Source: a virus
Lineage: Duplodnaviria > Caudoviricetes
Length of the DNA: 60,786 bases
IMG/VR virus record: IMGVR_UViG_3300046000_007143
Coordinates: 1-60,786 of that record
Reading direction: 5' to 3' (one strand)
Part shown: positions 34,804 through 43,354 of the stretch, piece after piece
How positions within the stretch are numbered: the stretch's first letter is position 1
Layout: the number at the start of each line of letters is the position of its first letter
Program-made: the position numbers and the translations under genes
Notes under the pieces: model-generated
Seen by the model: only the letters and a program-made list of their open reading frames with translations
Told to the model about the DNA's origin: nothing
Databases searched by the model: none

Positions 34804-36425
34804 CGACGCGCCCGGAACAGCGGAGCGCGCGCCCCGCGGTCAAACACCCGCGTTTGCACCTTGGTCTGGACGGCAGCGACGTTGCGGCCGGCGCCGAACA
34901 GCAGGTTGCCGCCCTCGCCCATGCCCAGCACCATGTACCCCAGAGCCTCGCACGGGTGGCTGTACTGGTTCTTGACGATGTCGCCCGACGTGAACTGGCC
35001 GGCGCTCGTGTTCGTGACCTTGAACTGGTAGCCGCCGCCCAGCCCCTGCTCGAGCATCCGGCACTTAGGGTCGATCAGGAACGCCTGGTAGCCGTCGACC
35101 TGACGCGTCAGGATGCTGTCAACGACCTCCTTGCGACCACCCTTGCCGACGAAGCGGTTGGCGCCAGGGGCACGCATGACCGGCATGCCGTTCTGGCGGA
35201 AGATGTCGAAGGCCGTCTTTTCCTCGGCCTGACCGCGGATGTCGCCGCCGGGGTCGCCGAAGAACTTGACCTTGTTCGGGTCGAGGCCGGGGAAGCGGCG
35301 CAGGATCTCGGCCTTGACGAACGGAGCGAACGTCACGGCGCCCACGTCCTCGGCATAGAGCTCAGCCAGCACGAAGATCCGGCCCCGCACGGTCTGGCCG
35401 AACACGGCGGCCGGCGTCAGGCCGAAGTCGAGGCCGCAGTACAGGTCGAGGTCGGGGCTGAACTTGAGCGAGTTGGAGGCAACGTGGCTGTTGCGCTCGT
35501 TCGCCGACCGGAACAGCGGGTGCACCGCCTTGCCCTTCATCTGGCTGGCGGCGATGTTCCGGCAGTTGGCGTCGATCCACTGGCGCGTGACGCCGTGGAT
35601 CTTCTTCGGATAGTAGTCGGGCCGCAGCCAGCGCAGGTTCTCAGCGCCGGGATTGACGCAATACTCGACCTCGTCGCCGGGGTTCAGCGCCTCAAGGCCC
35701 GAGGCCTTCAAGCCCTCGTCCAGCACGAGCAGCGCCGGTGGTTGTACGAACAGGCACCAGTCCGGCGGACGGCGGTGGCGCTGCACGTCATCCGGCGTGA
35801 AGTGGTCCGGCACGGGCGCCTTGCCGAACATGATGGGCGCCCAGTGCAGGCTCTCCGGCGCGTTCATGTCGGCGATGCCGCCGGACCAGTTGCAGCCGCC
35901 ATTCTTGACCGATGGATAGCGGCCGCAACGCGACAGCCCCTCGGTCACCAGCATCAGGTTGATGTACTGGAGCTCGTTGAAATAGATCCCGGTGAGCTGC
36001 AGCGAGCGCAGCTTCTTGACGTCGTCGTCCTTGTCCAGCGCGAGGAAGATGAACTCGGCTTCGATGTCGCCATAGCGCATGTGGTAGGTGAACGGCGGCG
36101 ACCACGACATCTCGCCGAACCCGCCCTGTGCCTCGGACCCCTCCGGAAACAAGTTCACGAACGAGGGGATCGTCGTCGTCTTCAGTTCAGGGAAGGTCGA
36201 GCGGACGATCGCGAAGCGCGCGCGTCGGACGCCGTCTCGCTGCGCCGGTTGCTGGCTGGCGTGACGGAACAGGCGCATGATCGCCGCGTCCGTCTTTCCC
36301 GAGCCGATCGGCCCCTGAATGATGTCGAACTCACTGTCCGCGAGCAGGAACGCCGACAGGATCCGGCCGTCAGGCTCAAAGCGGATGGGCTCGCGGGGTG
36401 GTGTGGATGCTGCCTTGCGGGCCAT
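34800..36425 (-). CDS. terL: Terminase large subunit
   Basis: Walker A GPIGSGKT, YFNE, nuclease GLDFG, GDPGG, SHPCEALGY. Confidence 0.92.
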   Translation of the reverse strand: MARKAASTPPREPIRFEPDGRILSAFLLADSEFDIIQGPIGSGKTDAAIMRLFRHASQQPAQRDGVRRARFAIVRSTFPELKTTTIPSFVNLFPEGSEAQGGFGEMSWSPPFTYHMRYGDIEAEFIFLALDKDDDVKKLRSLQLTGIYFNELQYINLMLVTEGLSRCGRYPSVKNGGCNWSGGIADMNAPESLHWAPIMFGKAPVPDHFTPDDVQRHRRPPDWCLFVQPPALLVLDEGLKASGLEALNPGDEVEYCVNPGAENLRWLRPDYYPKKIHGVTRQWIDANCRNIAASQMKGKAVHPLFRSANERNSHVASNSLKFSPDLDLYCGLDFGLTPAAVFGQTVRGRIFVLAELYAEDVGAVTFAPFVKAEILRRFPGLDPNKVKFFGDPGGDIRGQAEEKTAFDIFRQNGMPVMRAPGANRFVGKGGRKEVVDSILTRQVDGYQAFLIDPKCRMLEQGLGGGYQFKVTNTSAGQFTSGDIVKNQYSHPCEALGYMVLGMGEGGNLLFGAGRNVAAVQTKVQTRVFDRGARAPLFRARR

Positions 36426-36455
36426 GCGCGGAGAAGGCGCGGAGGCAGGGCCACC

Positions 36456-36468
36456 CTCAACGCACCGG
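36456..36468 (-). promoter_or_regulatory. Late promoter motif (terL, leaderless)
   Basis: CCGGTGCGTTGAG, 31 nt from ATG 36425. Confidence 0.75.
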
Positions 36469-36470
36469 CG

Positions 36471-37313
36471 CTACGATAGCCACGTCCGAAAGACGAGCTC
36501 AGACGTGCCCACCGCTCCCTTGCCGGCAGCGATGGTGGGGGTGACGACGTCAAACGACCCTCCAGGCGTGAGCCCTTCGATGATCTCGGTGCTCGCGTCG
36601 GCGAAGATCAAGCGCGCCTTGGTACAGGCAGCGGGCACCGTCTCGGTCATGGTCGGCAAGCCGCGGGTGGCTTCGGTTCCGGCCGTTCGGATGTAGGATG
36701 TCGGCGTTAGTCCCGCCTCAAACTGAGCACCCCAAATCAGGAACGAACTCGCAGGGGCGGCGCCCGAGGCTATGTAGATCAGAACGGCCAGCGCACCGCC
36801 GGCCGACGCCGGCTTCGGAAGAGCGATGCGGGTCCATGTGTCTGTCGGCGTGAAGTCGACCCCGACCCCGTCGACCAACAACGACTTCACGGACTGGGCT
36901 GTGCCATCAGATTTCACCCAGACGCTCAGCACCAGGTCGCCAGCGGGCGCAGCCGCGTAGGCGAATATCTGCGGGAAGGCCGCAACGCCAGATTCCCACT
37001 TCACGGCGGTTAGCGTTCCATCGGGAGCCTCGCCCGCGGCGGGCGTGATCGTCACCGACGATTTGGTCCACGCGGCATCGGCTAGGTTCTCGGATTGCGT
37101 CAGCAGGTTCGTTGCGGCAGGCTCAAGCAGTAGCCCGCGATCGGTCCGCTGAGGAACATTCGCCGCAAAGAACGAAATTCCTCCAGCTAGGGTCTTGCCG
37201 GTCGCCTGGCCGAGGCGGCCATAGGTCGACCCCGCCGGCATCCCAGCGCGAAAATCACTGCGCAGCGGGGTGCTGGACGGTGAAAAAACCCCGAGGGCCA
37301 ACCCGATGTTCAT
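36471..37313 (-). CDS. Head-spike fibre-like / carbohydrate-binding protein
   Basis: GLLLEPAATNLL..SE...WGAQFEAG..PTSYI.T motif; follows a spike-base gene. Confidence 0.7.
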   Translation of the reverse strand: MNIGLALGVFSPSSTPLRSDFRAGMPAGSTYGRLGQATGKTLAGGISFFAANVPQRTDRGLLLEPAATNLLTQSENLADAAWTKSSVTITPAAGEAPDGTLTAVKWESGVAAFPQIFAYAAAPAGDLVLSVWVKSDGTAQSVKSLLVDGVGVDFTPTDTWTRIALPKPASAGGALAVLIYIASGAAPASSFLIWGAQFEAGLTPTSYIRTAGTEATRGLPTMTETVPAACTKARLIFADASTEIIEGLTPGGSFDVVTPTIAAGKGAVGTSELVFRTWLS

Positions 37314-37573
37314 TAGTAAAGCGCAACCATATTTGTCGCGGTCGTGCTCGTGGCGTTAACGCGCTGCGCGTTGACCGGAAGAATGGTGCCGGCAAGTGCG
37401 TTCTTGAAGGTGATGGCGACGTCGCCGGGCGTCACCACGACCACATCGCCACCGACACCAACATAGATTCCGCGACACACGGGAAAATAAGCCGTGTCAG
37501 AGGGGGTGATCGCGACAGCGTCGTCAGCCGGTCCGCTATCACCGGCAGCGTGAGGATTACGCGCAACGGCCAT
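37313..37573 (-). CDS. Head-spike base protein (RcGTA Rcc01079-like)
   Basis: GPADDAVAITPSD...RGIYVGVGGDV...GTILPV..QRV.ATSTTAT.MVAL. Confidence 0.75.
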   Translation of the reverse strand: MAVARNPHAAGDSGPADDAVAITPSDTAYFPVCRGIYVGVGGDVVVVTPGDVAITFKNALAGTILPVNAQRVNATSTTATNMVALY

Positions 37574-37620
37574 GTCTGTGCCTCCTGTTCTTGAGCACCA
37601 CGCCGCACCCGGCCCCTGCC

Positions 37621-37632
37621 CTCAACGCACCG
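37621..37632 (-). promoter_or_regulatory. Late promoter motif (head-spike pair)
   Basis: CGGTGCGTTGAG followed by an AGGAGG leader. Confidence 0.7.
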
Positions 37633-37986
37633 TCAGTGCACCCAGCCGTTCAGGTGCGCCTTCTCATGCCGCAGCAGCTTGCCGCAGTACGCGTCCTGAT
37701 CGGGCGTGCAGTGCGGCATCACGATCACGCGCCGCGGCATGAAGGTGCAGGCCATGACGATATAGCGCGTCGGGGGCGGCTGGCCTCCGCAGGCAATGTG
37801 GACCTGATACGGCGTGCCGACGATCACGACGAACGGCGCGCCGGGGATGCGGTCGTATTCAGCCGGCGGCGCCTCGACCGCCTCGGGCGACGGGACGAAC
37901 GTCCGGACTTCCTGCATGGAGGCGGAGGGGCCTGACATGGCGGTTATGAGCGTGACGACCGAAGCCGCGGCTATGGTTTTCAGCAT
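37633..37986 (-). CDS. Exported small protein with HExxH motif
   Basis: Signal-peptide-like N-terminus; four Cys; RHEKAH. Confidence 0.65.
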   Translation of the reverse strand: MLKTIAAASVVTLITAMSGPSASMQEVRTFVPSPEAVEAPPAEYDRIPGAPFVVIVGTPYQVHIACGGQPPPTRYIVMACTFMPRRVIVMPHCTPDQDAYCGKLLRHEKAHLNGWVH

Positions 37987-38027
37987 GCGCCCCTCCTGTG
38001 CGGAGTGGGCGGTCTGAGCGGGTTGCG

Positions 38028-38040
38028 CTCAACGCACGGG
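38028..38040 (-). promoter_or_regulatory. Late promoter motif
   Basis: CCCGTGCGTTGAG followed by an AGGAGG leader. Confidence 0.7.
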
Positions 38041-38041
38041 G

Positions 38042-38278
38042 CTAGTCGTCCATTGCGGGGCAGCCCGCGAGAATCCACGCCTTGCCTTGGTCAATCAGCC
38101 AGTTCGTGTCGGATGCGCCGTGACTGGCGCCCGCATAGATGTCGCCGTTCTCGTCATAGCCAATGACGACCACATCGGTCAGCCCGGCCGCTCGTGCGCC
38201 CGCCAGCACGCGATTCACCGGCACGACCGCGCCATTGCCACAGCCGTCAACCAGCTTCAGGTGCACCACGTTCTCCAT
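38042..38278 (-). CDS. Hypothetical protein
   Basis: DVVVIGYDENGDIY motif; coupled to the upstream stop. Confidence 0.7.
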   Translation of the reverse strand: MENVVHLKLVDGCGNGAVVPVNRVLAGARAAGLTDVVVIGYDENGDIYAGASHGASDTNWLIDQGKAWILAGCPAMDD

Positions 38279-39468
38279 CACGCCGCCTCAAGCATCTCAG
38301 GCGTCACCGTGACCGAGCCGACCTGTCCCCAGACCGAGTGGTAGGTGTAGGCCGTAGCCTGGCGCTCCGACATCCAGCCTCCGCGGGCCGCGTAGGCGTC
38401 GCGGGCCGACAGGGTCGAGTGCTGGACGACCTTCATCCCCGAGTGCTCCTTGATTTCCTCGTGGTGACGGTGACCACAGTGGGCGAACCGCTTGGTCGTG
38501 GCGCCCCACTCGCGCGGGTACTGGGCCGCGAACAGCAGGGGCAGGCCCTCGTTCTTCTTGAGGTGGCCGTGGTGGAAGGCCAGCATCGTCGCGCCGTGGA
38601 CGTGGACGTAGTAGGGCAGCTCGCTGTCGATCACCCGGACCCGCGGCTCATTCTCGTACAGGGCCGCGAACATGATGCGCAGCCAGACGCTCGAGGCGAG
38701 GTCGTGGTTGCCCTCGGCCATGACAACGAACACGGTCTGGTGCCGGGCCAGCGCCATGTCGATCACGCGCCGGAGAATGCGGATCGCCGTGCGGACCATC
38801 TTCGAAAACCGGCCGTCGGCGTCGAGGATGTGGCCGTGCCCCGGCGTCACCGGCAGCAGGCCGTCCCAGTGCAGGAAGTCGCCGAGCTGGTTGACGACGC
38901 AGGTCGTGGCGGACGGCGATCGCTCGACCATCTGCTCGAACGCGCCGATCAGGGTTTGCTCCGCGATCGCCAGGTCCCAGTCGGCGCCGCCCTCCTTGCG
39001 CCACGCCATCATGCCGACGTGGCAGTCGGTCAGGGTGAAGACGTTGCACAGGTGGTCGGCGGTTCCCGCCGGCGCCGGGAACGGCGACATCCGCGGCACG
39101 TCCTCGCTGATCGCGACGAACGCCTCCCGCAGCATCTCCGCCCGGCGCTCCTCGTCGGCGCTGGTCTTGTCCCACGACAGCACCTCGACCCGCTGGCCCG
39201 TGACCGGATCCAGTTTGCGAAGGACCGAGCGGCCCTTGAGCTTGAAGCCGTCCGGCACCTGCTCGGTCATGCCGAACTCGGGCGCATGACCCTGGGCGGC
39301 AGCCTTGGCGCGGATCTGCGCCAGCAGGCGCCGCACGGTGCGCTCGTCCCTTTGCAGATGACGGGCTGCGGCGGCGACATTGCCGATGTCGATGATCGCG
39401 GAGATAGTCTCGCGCTGGACCTCAGTCTCGCACCAGCGGAGAAGTTCTGTCGTCGGGGCGACGGTCAA
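38278..39468 (-). CDS. Metallophosphoesterase-fold protein with N-terminal HTH
   Basis: TDCH, LGD, GNHD, HHGH, GHRH motifs; probable TTG start overlapping the o-spanin stop. Confidence 0.82.
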   Translation of the reverse strand: MTVAPTTELLRWCETEVQRETISAIIDIGNVAAAARHLQRDERTVRRLLAQIRAKAAAQGHAPEFGMTEQVPDGFKLKGRSVLRKLDPVTGQRVEVLSWDKTSADEERRAEMLREAFVAISEDVPRMSPFPAPAGTADHLCNVFTLTDCHVGMMAWRKEGGADWDLAIAEQTLIGAFEQMVERSPSATTCVVNQLGDFLHWDGLLPVTPGHGHILDADGRFSKMVRTAIRILRRVIDMALARHQTVFVVMAEGNHDLASSVWLRIMFAALYENEPRVRVIDSELPYYVHVHGATMLAFHHGHLKKNEGLPLLFAAQYPREWGATTKRFAHCGHRHHEEIKEHSGMKVVQHSTLSARDAYAARGGWMSERQATAYTYHSVWGQVGSVTVTPEMLEAA

Positions 39469-39680
39469 GCCGACCACCCGCAAAGCCGCTTGCCGACAGC
39501 GTTGTGGGCCTTCACCTCCAGCACCGTCTCCGGCGTATCGCGCGTCGACCATGTGATCGGGCGGGCGATGTCGCAGAACGACTGAGCGCCCGGCAGCGGA
39601 TCAGTCGCGGCGGAACCCGTCGTCGCGCATGAGCTCAGCAGGATCGGCATTGCGCAGATCAGAGCGCACGCGCTCCGCAT
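39465..39680 (-). CDS. o-spanin (Rz1-like lipoprotein)
   Basis: Lipobox LLSSC; overlaps the i-spanin 3' end; start uncertain. Confidence 0.75.
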   Translation of the reverse strand: MRSACALICAMPILLSSCATTGSAATDPLPGAQSFCDIARPITWSTRDTPETVLEVKAHNAVGKRLCGWSA

Positions 39681-39900
39681 CCGCGGTCCGTTCGGCGCGT
39701 CCGGCATCGGTTCGTTCCTTCTCGATGGTGGCTGTCCGACCGTCTGCGCGGCCTTTGCGGTAGAGTCCGAGGGTCGCCAGCGCGATCAGGCCGGCGGCGA
39801 CACCGCGCCAACCGAAGAACCGGTGCGCGAAAAACAGGAGGGCGACCGCGAGCGCGATGCCGAAGACGAGTTGGGCGGTCTGGAAGAGGTCGGCGACCAT
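39601..39900 (-). CDS. i-spanin (Rz-like)
   Basis: N-terminal TM segments, YRKGR.DG, charged tail ending DDGFRRD; follows the endolysin. Confidence 0.75.
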   Translation of the reverse strand: MVADLFQTAQLVFGIALAVALLFFAHRFFGWRGVAAGLIALATLGLYRKGRADGRTATIEKERTDAGRAERTADAERVRSDLRNADPAELMRDDGFRRD

Positions 39901-40751
39901 CAAACCCCCCCCACCCGCTTGATCTGCACCCGGCCGGTCAGCACGAGGAACACGCCGACCGCGACCAGCGCGAAGGCCGCAAACGCCCAGGGACTTGCGA
40001 TGCCCTGCAGGACAGGCTGCGCGAACGCGGCGACACCGCCGATGCCGCCGAGCCCGGCGAGGACACCCCCCACAGCCGTCTTGTCCGTCTTCAGGTCAGC
40101 GCCGTCCGGCTTCGCGGCCTCGGCCACAGCAGCGGGCGCCGGGAACGGGCGGGCCTGTTCGGCGCGCGCGGCCTTGATGCTGTCGAGGAAGGCCGTGTGA
40201 TAGCCCGCGATCAGGCTGGCCTTGTCGGTGCCGTTGACGATGCGACGGGCGCCTACAGGGTCGTCGGTGGTGGCGTTGAAGAAGTCTTCGAGCGAGTGCT
40301 TGGTGAAGTCGCCGACGCCGGTCTCGCCGTTCGTCATCCCCTCGATCAGGATGCGGACGCTCACCTGCAGGTCCAGCGCCAGATCGGGATTGCCGACCAG
40401 ATCCAGACCCAGCACCTCGCCCATTTTGCGGTAGTTCGACAGCCACGTCAGTTGCACATGGCCCCGGCCGTAATAGACCCTGCCGTCGTACTCCCGTGCA
40501 TACCGGCGGCCAGCAACCGCACGGCGCGCTCCCGCGTCCGTTCGCGCGAAGCCCTCGCGCACCGGCTGCATCTTGCCGCCCGTCTCGTGGAAGGCGGTGG
40601 CGAGGATGTAGGCGAGATGGCGGTCGTCGGTGATGTCGCGGGCCGCGGCGATAATCGCCTCGCAGCCCTGCACCTGCGCCTGCGTCAGACGACCACCGAA
40701 CGGGGCGCGGCGGGCGTAGGCGAAGAAGGTGGGGAGATGGAGGGCGGTCAT
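39900..40751 (-). CDS. Endolysin, GH19-like, with C-terminal hydrophobic segments
   Basis: LATAFHETG, YYGRGHVQLTW..NY, ARRIVNG. Confidence 0.88.
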   Translation of the reverse strand: MTALHLPTFFAYARRAPFGGRLTQAQVQGCEAIIAAARDITDDRHLAYILATAFHETGGKMQPVREGFARTDAGARRAVAGRRYAREYDGRVYYGRGHVQLTWLSNYRKMGEVLGLDLVGNPDLALDLQVSVRILIEGMTNGETGVGDFTKHSLEDFFNATTDDPVGARRIVNGTDKASLIAGYHTAFLDSIKAARAEQARPFPAPAAVAEAAKPDGADLKTDKTAVGGVLAGLGGIGGVAAFAQPVLQGIASPWAFAAFALVAVGVFLVLTGRVQIKRVGGV

Positions 40752-40981
40752 TCCGACACCCTCCGACGCGCGGCCGGCCTCAGCGCAGACGCCAGATCCT
40801 GAATGCTCTGGGTCAGGAACTTCACCTGCTCCTGCAGGCGGATGACTTCGTCGCGCGTCGCGTCGTGTCCGGCCTCTTTCGCCTTCAGCGCATTGACCCG
40901 ACCCTCAAGCCGGACCAGCCATGTGACGAACCCGATCGCGGCGAGCGCCAGGGTGATGTAGTGGCCGGGTTCGAGGGTCAC
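40748..40981 (-). CDS. Holin-like single-TM coiled-coil protein
   Basis: ITLALAAIGFVTWLVRLEGRV; ATGA overlap with the endolysin. Confidence 0.6.
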   Translation of the reverse strand: MTLEPGHYITLALAAIGFVTWLVRLEGRVNALKAKEAGHDATRDEVIRLQEQVKFLTQSIQDLASALRPAARRRVSE

Positions 40982-41031
40982 GAGCGAACCCCCAGACCAC
41001 CCCAACCTTCGACGTTCGCGCGCGTTTTCAT
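40978..41031 (-). CDS. 17-aa leaderless uORF coupled to the lysis cassette
   Basis: MKTRANVEGWGGLGVRS; ATG lies 31 nt from the late motif; stop overlaps the holin-like GTG (GTGA). Confidence 0.45.
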   Translation of the reverse strand: MKTRANVEGWGGLGVRS

Positions 41032-41061
41032 CCCCGCACCACGCCGGAGCCCACCCCTCGC

Positions 41062-41074
41062 CTCAACGCACGGG
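41062..41074 (-). promoter_or_regulatory. Late promoter motif (lysis cassette)
   Basis: CCCGTGCGTTGAG. Confidence 0.75.
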
Positions 41075-41075
41075 C

Positions 41076-41825
41076 TCACGACGCGCGCCTCGCGAACACA
41101 TACAGGCTCAGACTTGTGACCGCCGGGCCGGAGATGATGCGCGCGTCGATCCGGTACGAGACAGCGCCAGTCGAGGTCCGCGCCGACGTGAAGTTGGCCA
41201 CATCTTCCGTGTCGGCGTTGATGACAACCGCCGGCGTACCCGTCGTGACGGCAAAGGAGCCGGTGAACAGAACCGTATCAGTCCCGCCGATGTCCTCGAC
41301 AATCCTGTACTCGCCGACCGCGAAGCCGGAGAAGAACAGCGCGACGTCCGAGTCCTGCAGCGGTCCCGAGCCGGTGATGGTCAGATTGCCCGCGACCACG
41401 CTGGTCAGATCGACCTGCGGCCCCTCGACCCAAACGCTGTCCGAGAACAGATCAATGGCCGGGTTCGTTGCGGATCCAGACACCGTGCCCGTCGCAGACA
41501 GCACGTCCACCTGGCTCTGTGTCGCATTGCCCGCGGACTGGGCGCCCTGCACGCTCTGCGCCAGCGACACGGCCTGCGGGGTCAGCACGTCGTCGATCGT
41601 CGCCTGCACCGTGTCCGCGTCGGTCTGGGCGTTAGCCGCATCCAGCAACGCCTGATCCGCGTCGTCCTGCGCCGCCTCAGCCTTGGCGTCGACGACAGCC
41701 ACGTCCGCAGCGACAACCGCAGCAGCAGCCGTCGCCAGATCAGCCTGACGCTGAGCACGGAAAAGCCGCACATCAGCCGACAGGGGTGTCGGCGTTCGGG
41801 GGATGGAGCGACGGACGGTGGTCAT
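41076..41825 (-). CDS. Coiled-coil plus beta-rich protein, possibly a virion appendage
   Basis: Ala/Asp heptads followed by a Ser/Thr/Val/Gly-rich domain. Confidence 0.6.
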   Translation of the reverse strand: MTTVRRSIPRTPTPLSADVRLFRAQRQADLATAAAAVVAADVAVVDAKAEAAQDDADQALLDAANAQTDADTVQATIDDVLTPQAVSLAQSVQGAQSAGNATQSQVDVLSATGTVSGSATNPAIDLFSDSVWVEGPQVDLTSVVAGNLTITGSGPLQDSDVALFFSGFAVGEYRIVEDIGGTDTVLFTGSFAVTTGTPAVVINADTEDVANFTSARTSTGAVSYRIDARIISGPAVTSLSLYVFARRAS

Positions 41826-42010
41826 GCCACATACATTCCCACCGCAGGGCCCCCCCCCAGGATGCGCGTCAGCTCGTCGACCGTGTACGGACTGCCAGTG
41901 TTCTCCAGCACGCAGTTCAGGACGGCGCGGGTGATGGCGGGATAGTCGGGGCAGCCCTCGTCGAGGTCGACCAGGCGCGCCTCATCAACGCATTGTTCGA
42001 ACAGGGTCAT
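41822..42010 (-). CDS. Hypothetical protein
   Basis: Coupled overlaps at both ends. Confidence 0.5.
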   Translation of the reverse strand: MTLFEQCVDEARLVDLDEGCPDYPAITRAVLNCVLENTGSPYTVDELTRILGGGPAVGMYVA

Positions 42011-42852
42011 CAGATCAGCACCTCAAGCGTCGCGCCCTTGCGCAGATTGTCCTCCGCCCAGAGCGGACGCAGGTTTGAGAAGTGACAGGCGGCCCGAAGC
42101 TGGTCTGGGTCGGTCAGGTCGAATGATGCGAGCGGACGGATATGGTCGACATGCCAGTCAGCGCGGTTCGCCCACGACATGCCTTTGAGGAACTGGCGCT
42201 CGATATGGACGCGAAGTTCAGCCGGGGTGCAGCCGAGCGAATAGTGACCCTTGGGAAGCGGACCCAACGCGCGACGGATGCGATCACGGAGGCGGTGAGT
42301 GATGCGACCAATCGTCCGATCCGTGTTGAGAACCCGCGGAACCGGTGGTGGGAGGCCGCGCCGCTCCCGGCGGCGAAGACGCTGCTGGCGCCTCTTCTCT
42401 TTCGCGGCTTCAGGACTCTCGACACTCCACGCCGTTTTGCCCTGGCCTCTCGGAAGGCCCCGAGCGCGAACGGCCGCCGCGTTTGCGCGGGCTCGCTCTG
42501 GGTTGGCCGCCGCCCACGCACGCGCCTTGGCGCGGTCACAGTCGCGACAGGCCGCAGCCAATCCAGTTGAGGCCGCGCCGTTAGAGCGAAAGTAATCGAG
42601 GGTGGCGGGATGGGTTACCCCACACTTGGTGCAGACCTTTTCAGGGGCTGAAAAATTTTGAGGTTTCTCTTCAAAATTCTTCGTCCGGTACACCCCTCGG
42701 GTCACGCCGGCCTCAGACTTTACCCCTGGGGCGGTGGGGGTGCCCCCTCGCGCATTTCTCCCCGCAACGAGACGCGGCCGACCGAGGCCCGCTTCAGGAC
42801 GGACACCCGCAAACGGAGGCCCGTTAACCGGGGCCACTAGGGGGCTATTCAT
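42010..42852 (-). CDS. HNH endonuclease (start uncertain)
   Basis: KVCTKC...CRDC zinc finger; WHVDHIRPL...HFSNLRPLWAEDNLRK. Confidence 0.8.
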   Translation of the reverse strand: MNSPLVAPVNGPPFAGVRPEAGLGRPRLVAGRNARGGTPTAPGVKSEAGVTRGVYRTKNFEEKPQNFSAPEKVCTKCGVTHPATLDYFRSNGAASTGLAAACRDCDRAKARAWAAANPERARANAAAVRARGLPRGQGKTAWSVESPEAAKEKRRQQRLRRRERRGLPPPVPRVLNTDRTIGRITHRLRDRIRRALGPLPKGHYSLGCTPAELRVHIERQFLKGMSWANRADWHVDHIRPLASFDLTDPDQLRAACHFSNLRPLWAEDNLRKGATLEVLI

Positions 42853-43354
42853 CGTCGGATTCATCGCGTCCAACTGGGCCAGAGTTGGATGTGTCACCCG
42901 CTACGGGCGACCACGGCAGGGCTTCAATGACGCCGGGCATCTGACTAGCGGTCAGATTGCCCGTCATTGTCAGGTTGTTGGTGACGATCTGGACAAGCTG
43001 GCGGGCCTGCTCTGGCATGGCGTTGCGGGCCGCTGCGTCGGCCTCGATGAACACCTTGGCGGCCTTAAGCCGGACGTCCTCGGAGTTGGCGCGCGTGGCC
43101 AGGTCGGAGACCGTCAACCACGCCTGGTCTGTTTGAGACGTCAACCACGCGCGTTTGACAGATGATCGAAACGCCCGGACGTGAGGCTTTTTCAGAGCCT
43201 GTGTCAGTGAATGCGGCTTATAGCCTGTGCGCAAGGCCGCATCTGCAACCGTGAGGCCTTCAGATACGATTAGCGTGATAGCGGTGCGCAATGCGGGGCT
43301 AATCCGCCCCTTGCGTATCTCTTCACCGTCGCGATTGACCAGCAGGTCTGTCAT
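42845..43354 (-). CDS. Putative terminase small subunit
   Basis: N-terminal HTH (TVADAALRTGY), SEDVRLKAA motif; first gene of the late region. Confidence 0.6.
   Translation of the reverse strand: MTDLLVNRDGEEIRKGRISPALRTAITLIVSEGLTVADAALRTGYKPHSLTQALKKPHVRAFRSSVKRAWLTSQTDQAWLTVSDLATRANSEDVRLKAAKVFIEADAAARNAMPEQARQLVQIVTNNLTMTGNLTASQMPGVIEALPWSPVAGDTSNSGPVGRDESDDE

Noticed and set aside
41981-41995. Ninth late-promoter copy (TCAACGCAT)
   Set aside because: Mismatched at both ends, lies inside coding sequence and has no suitably spaced start
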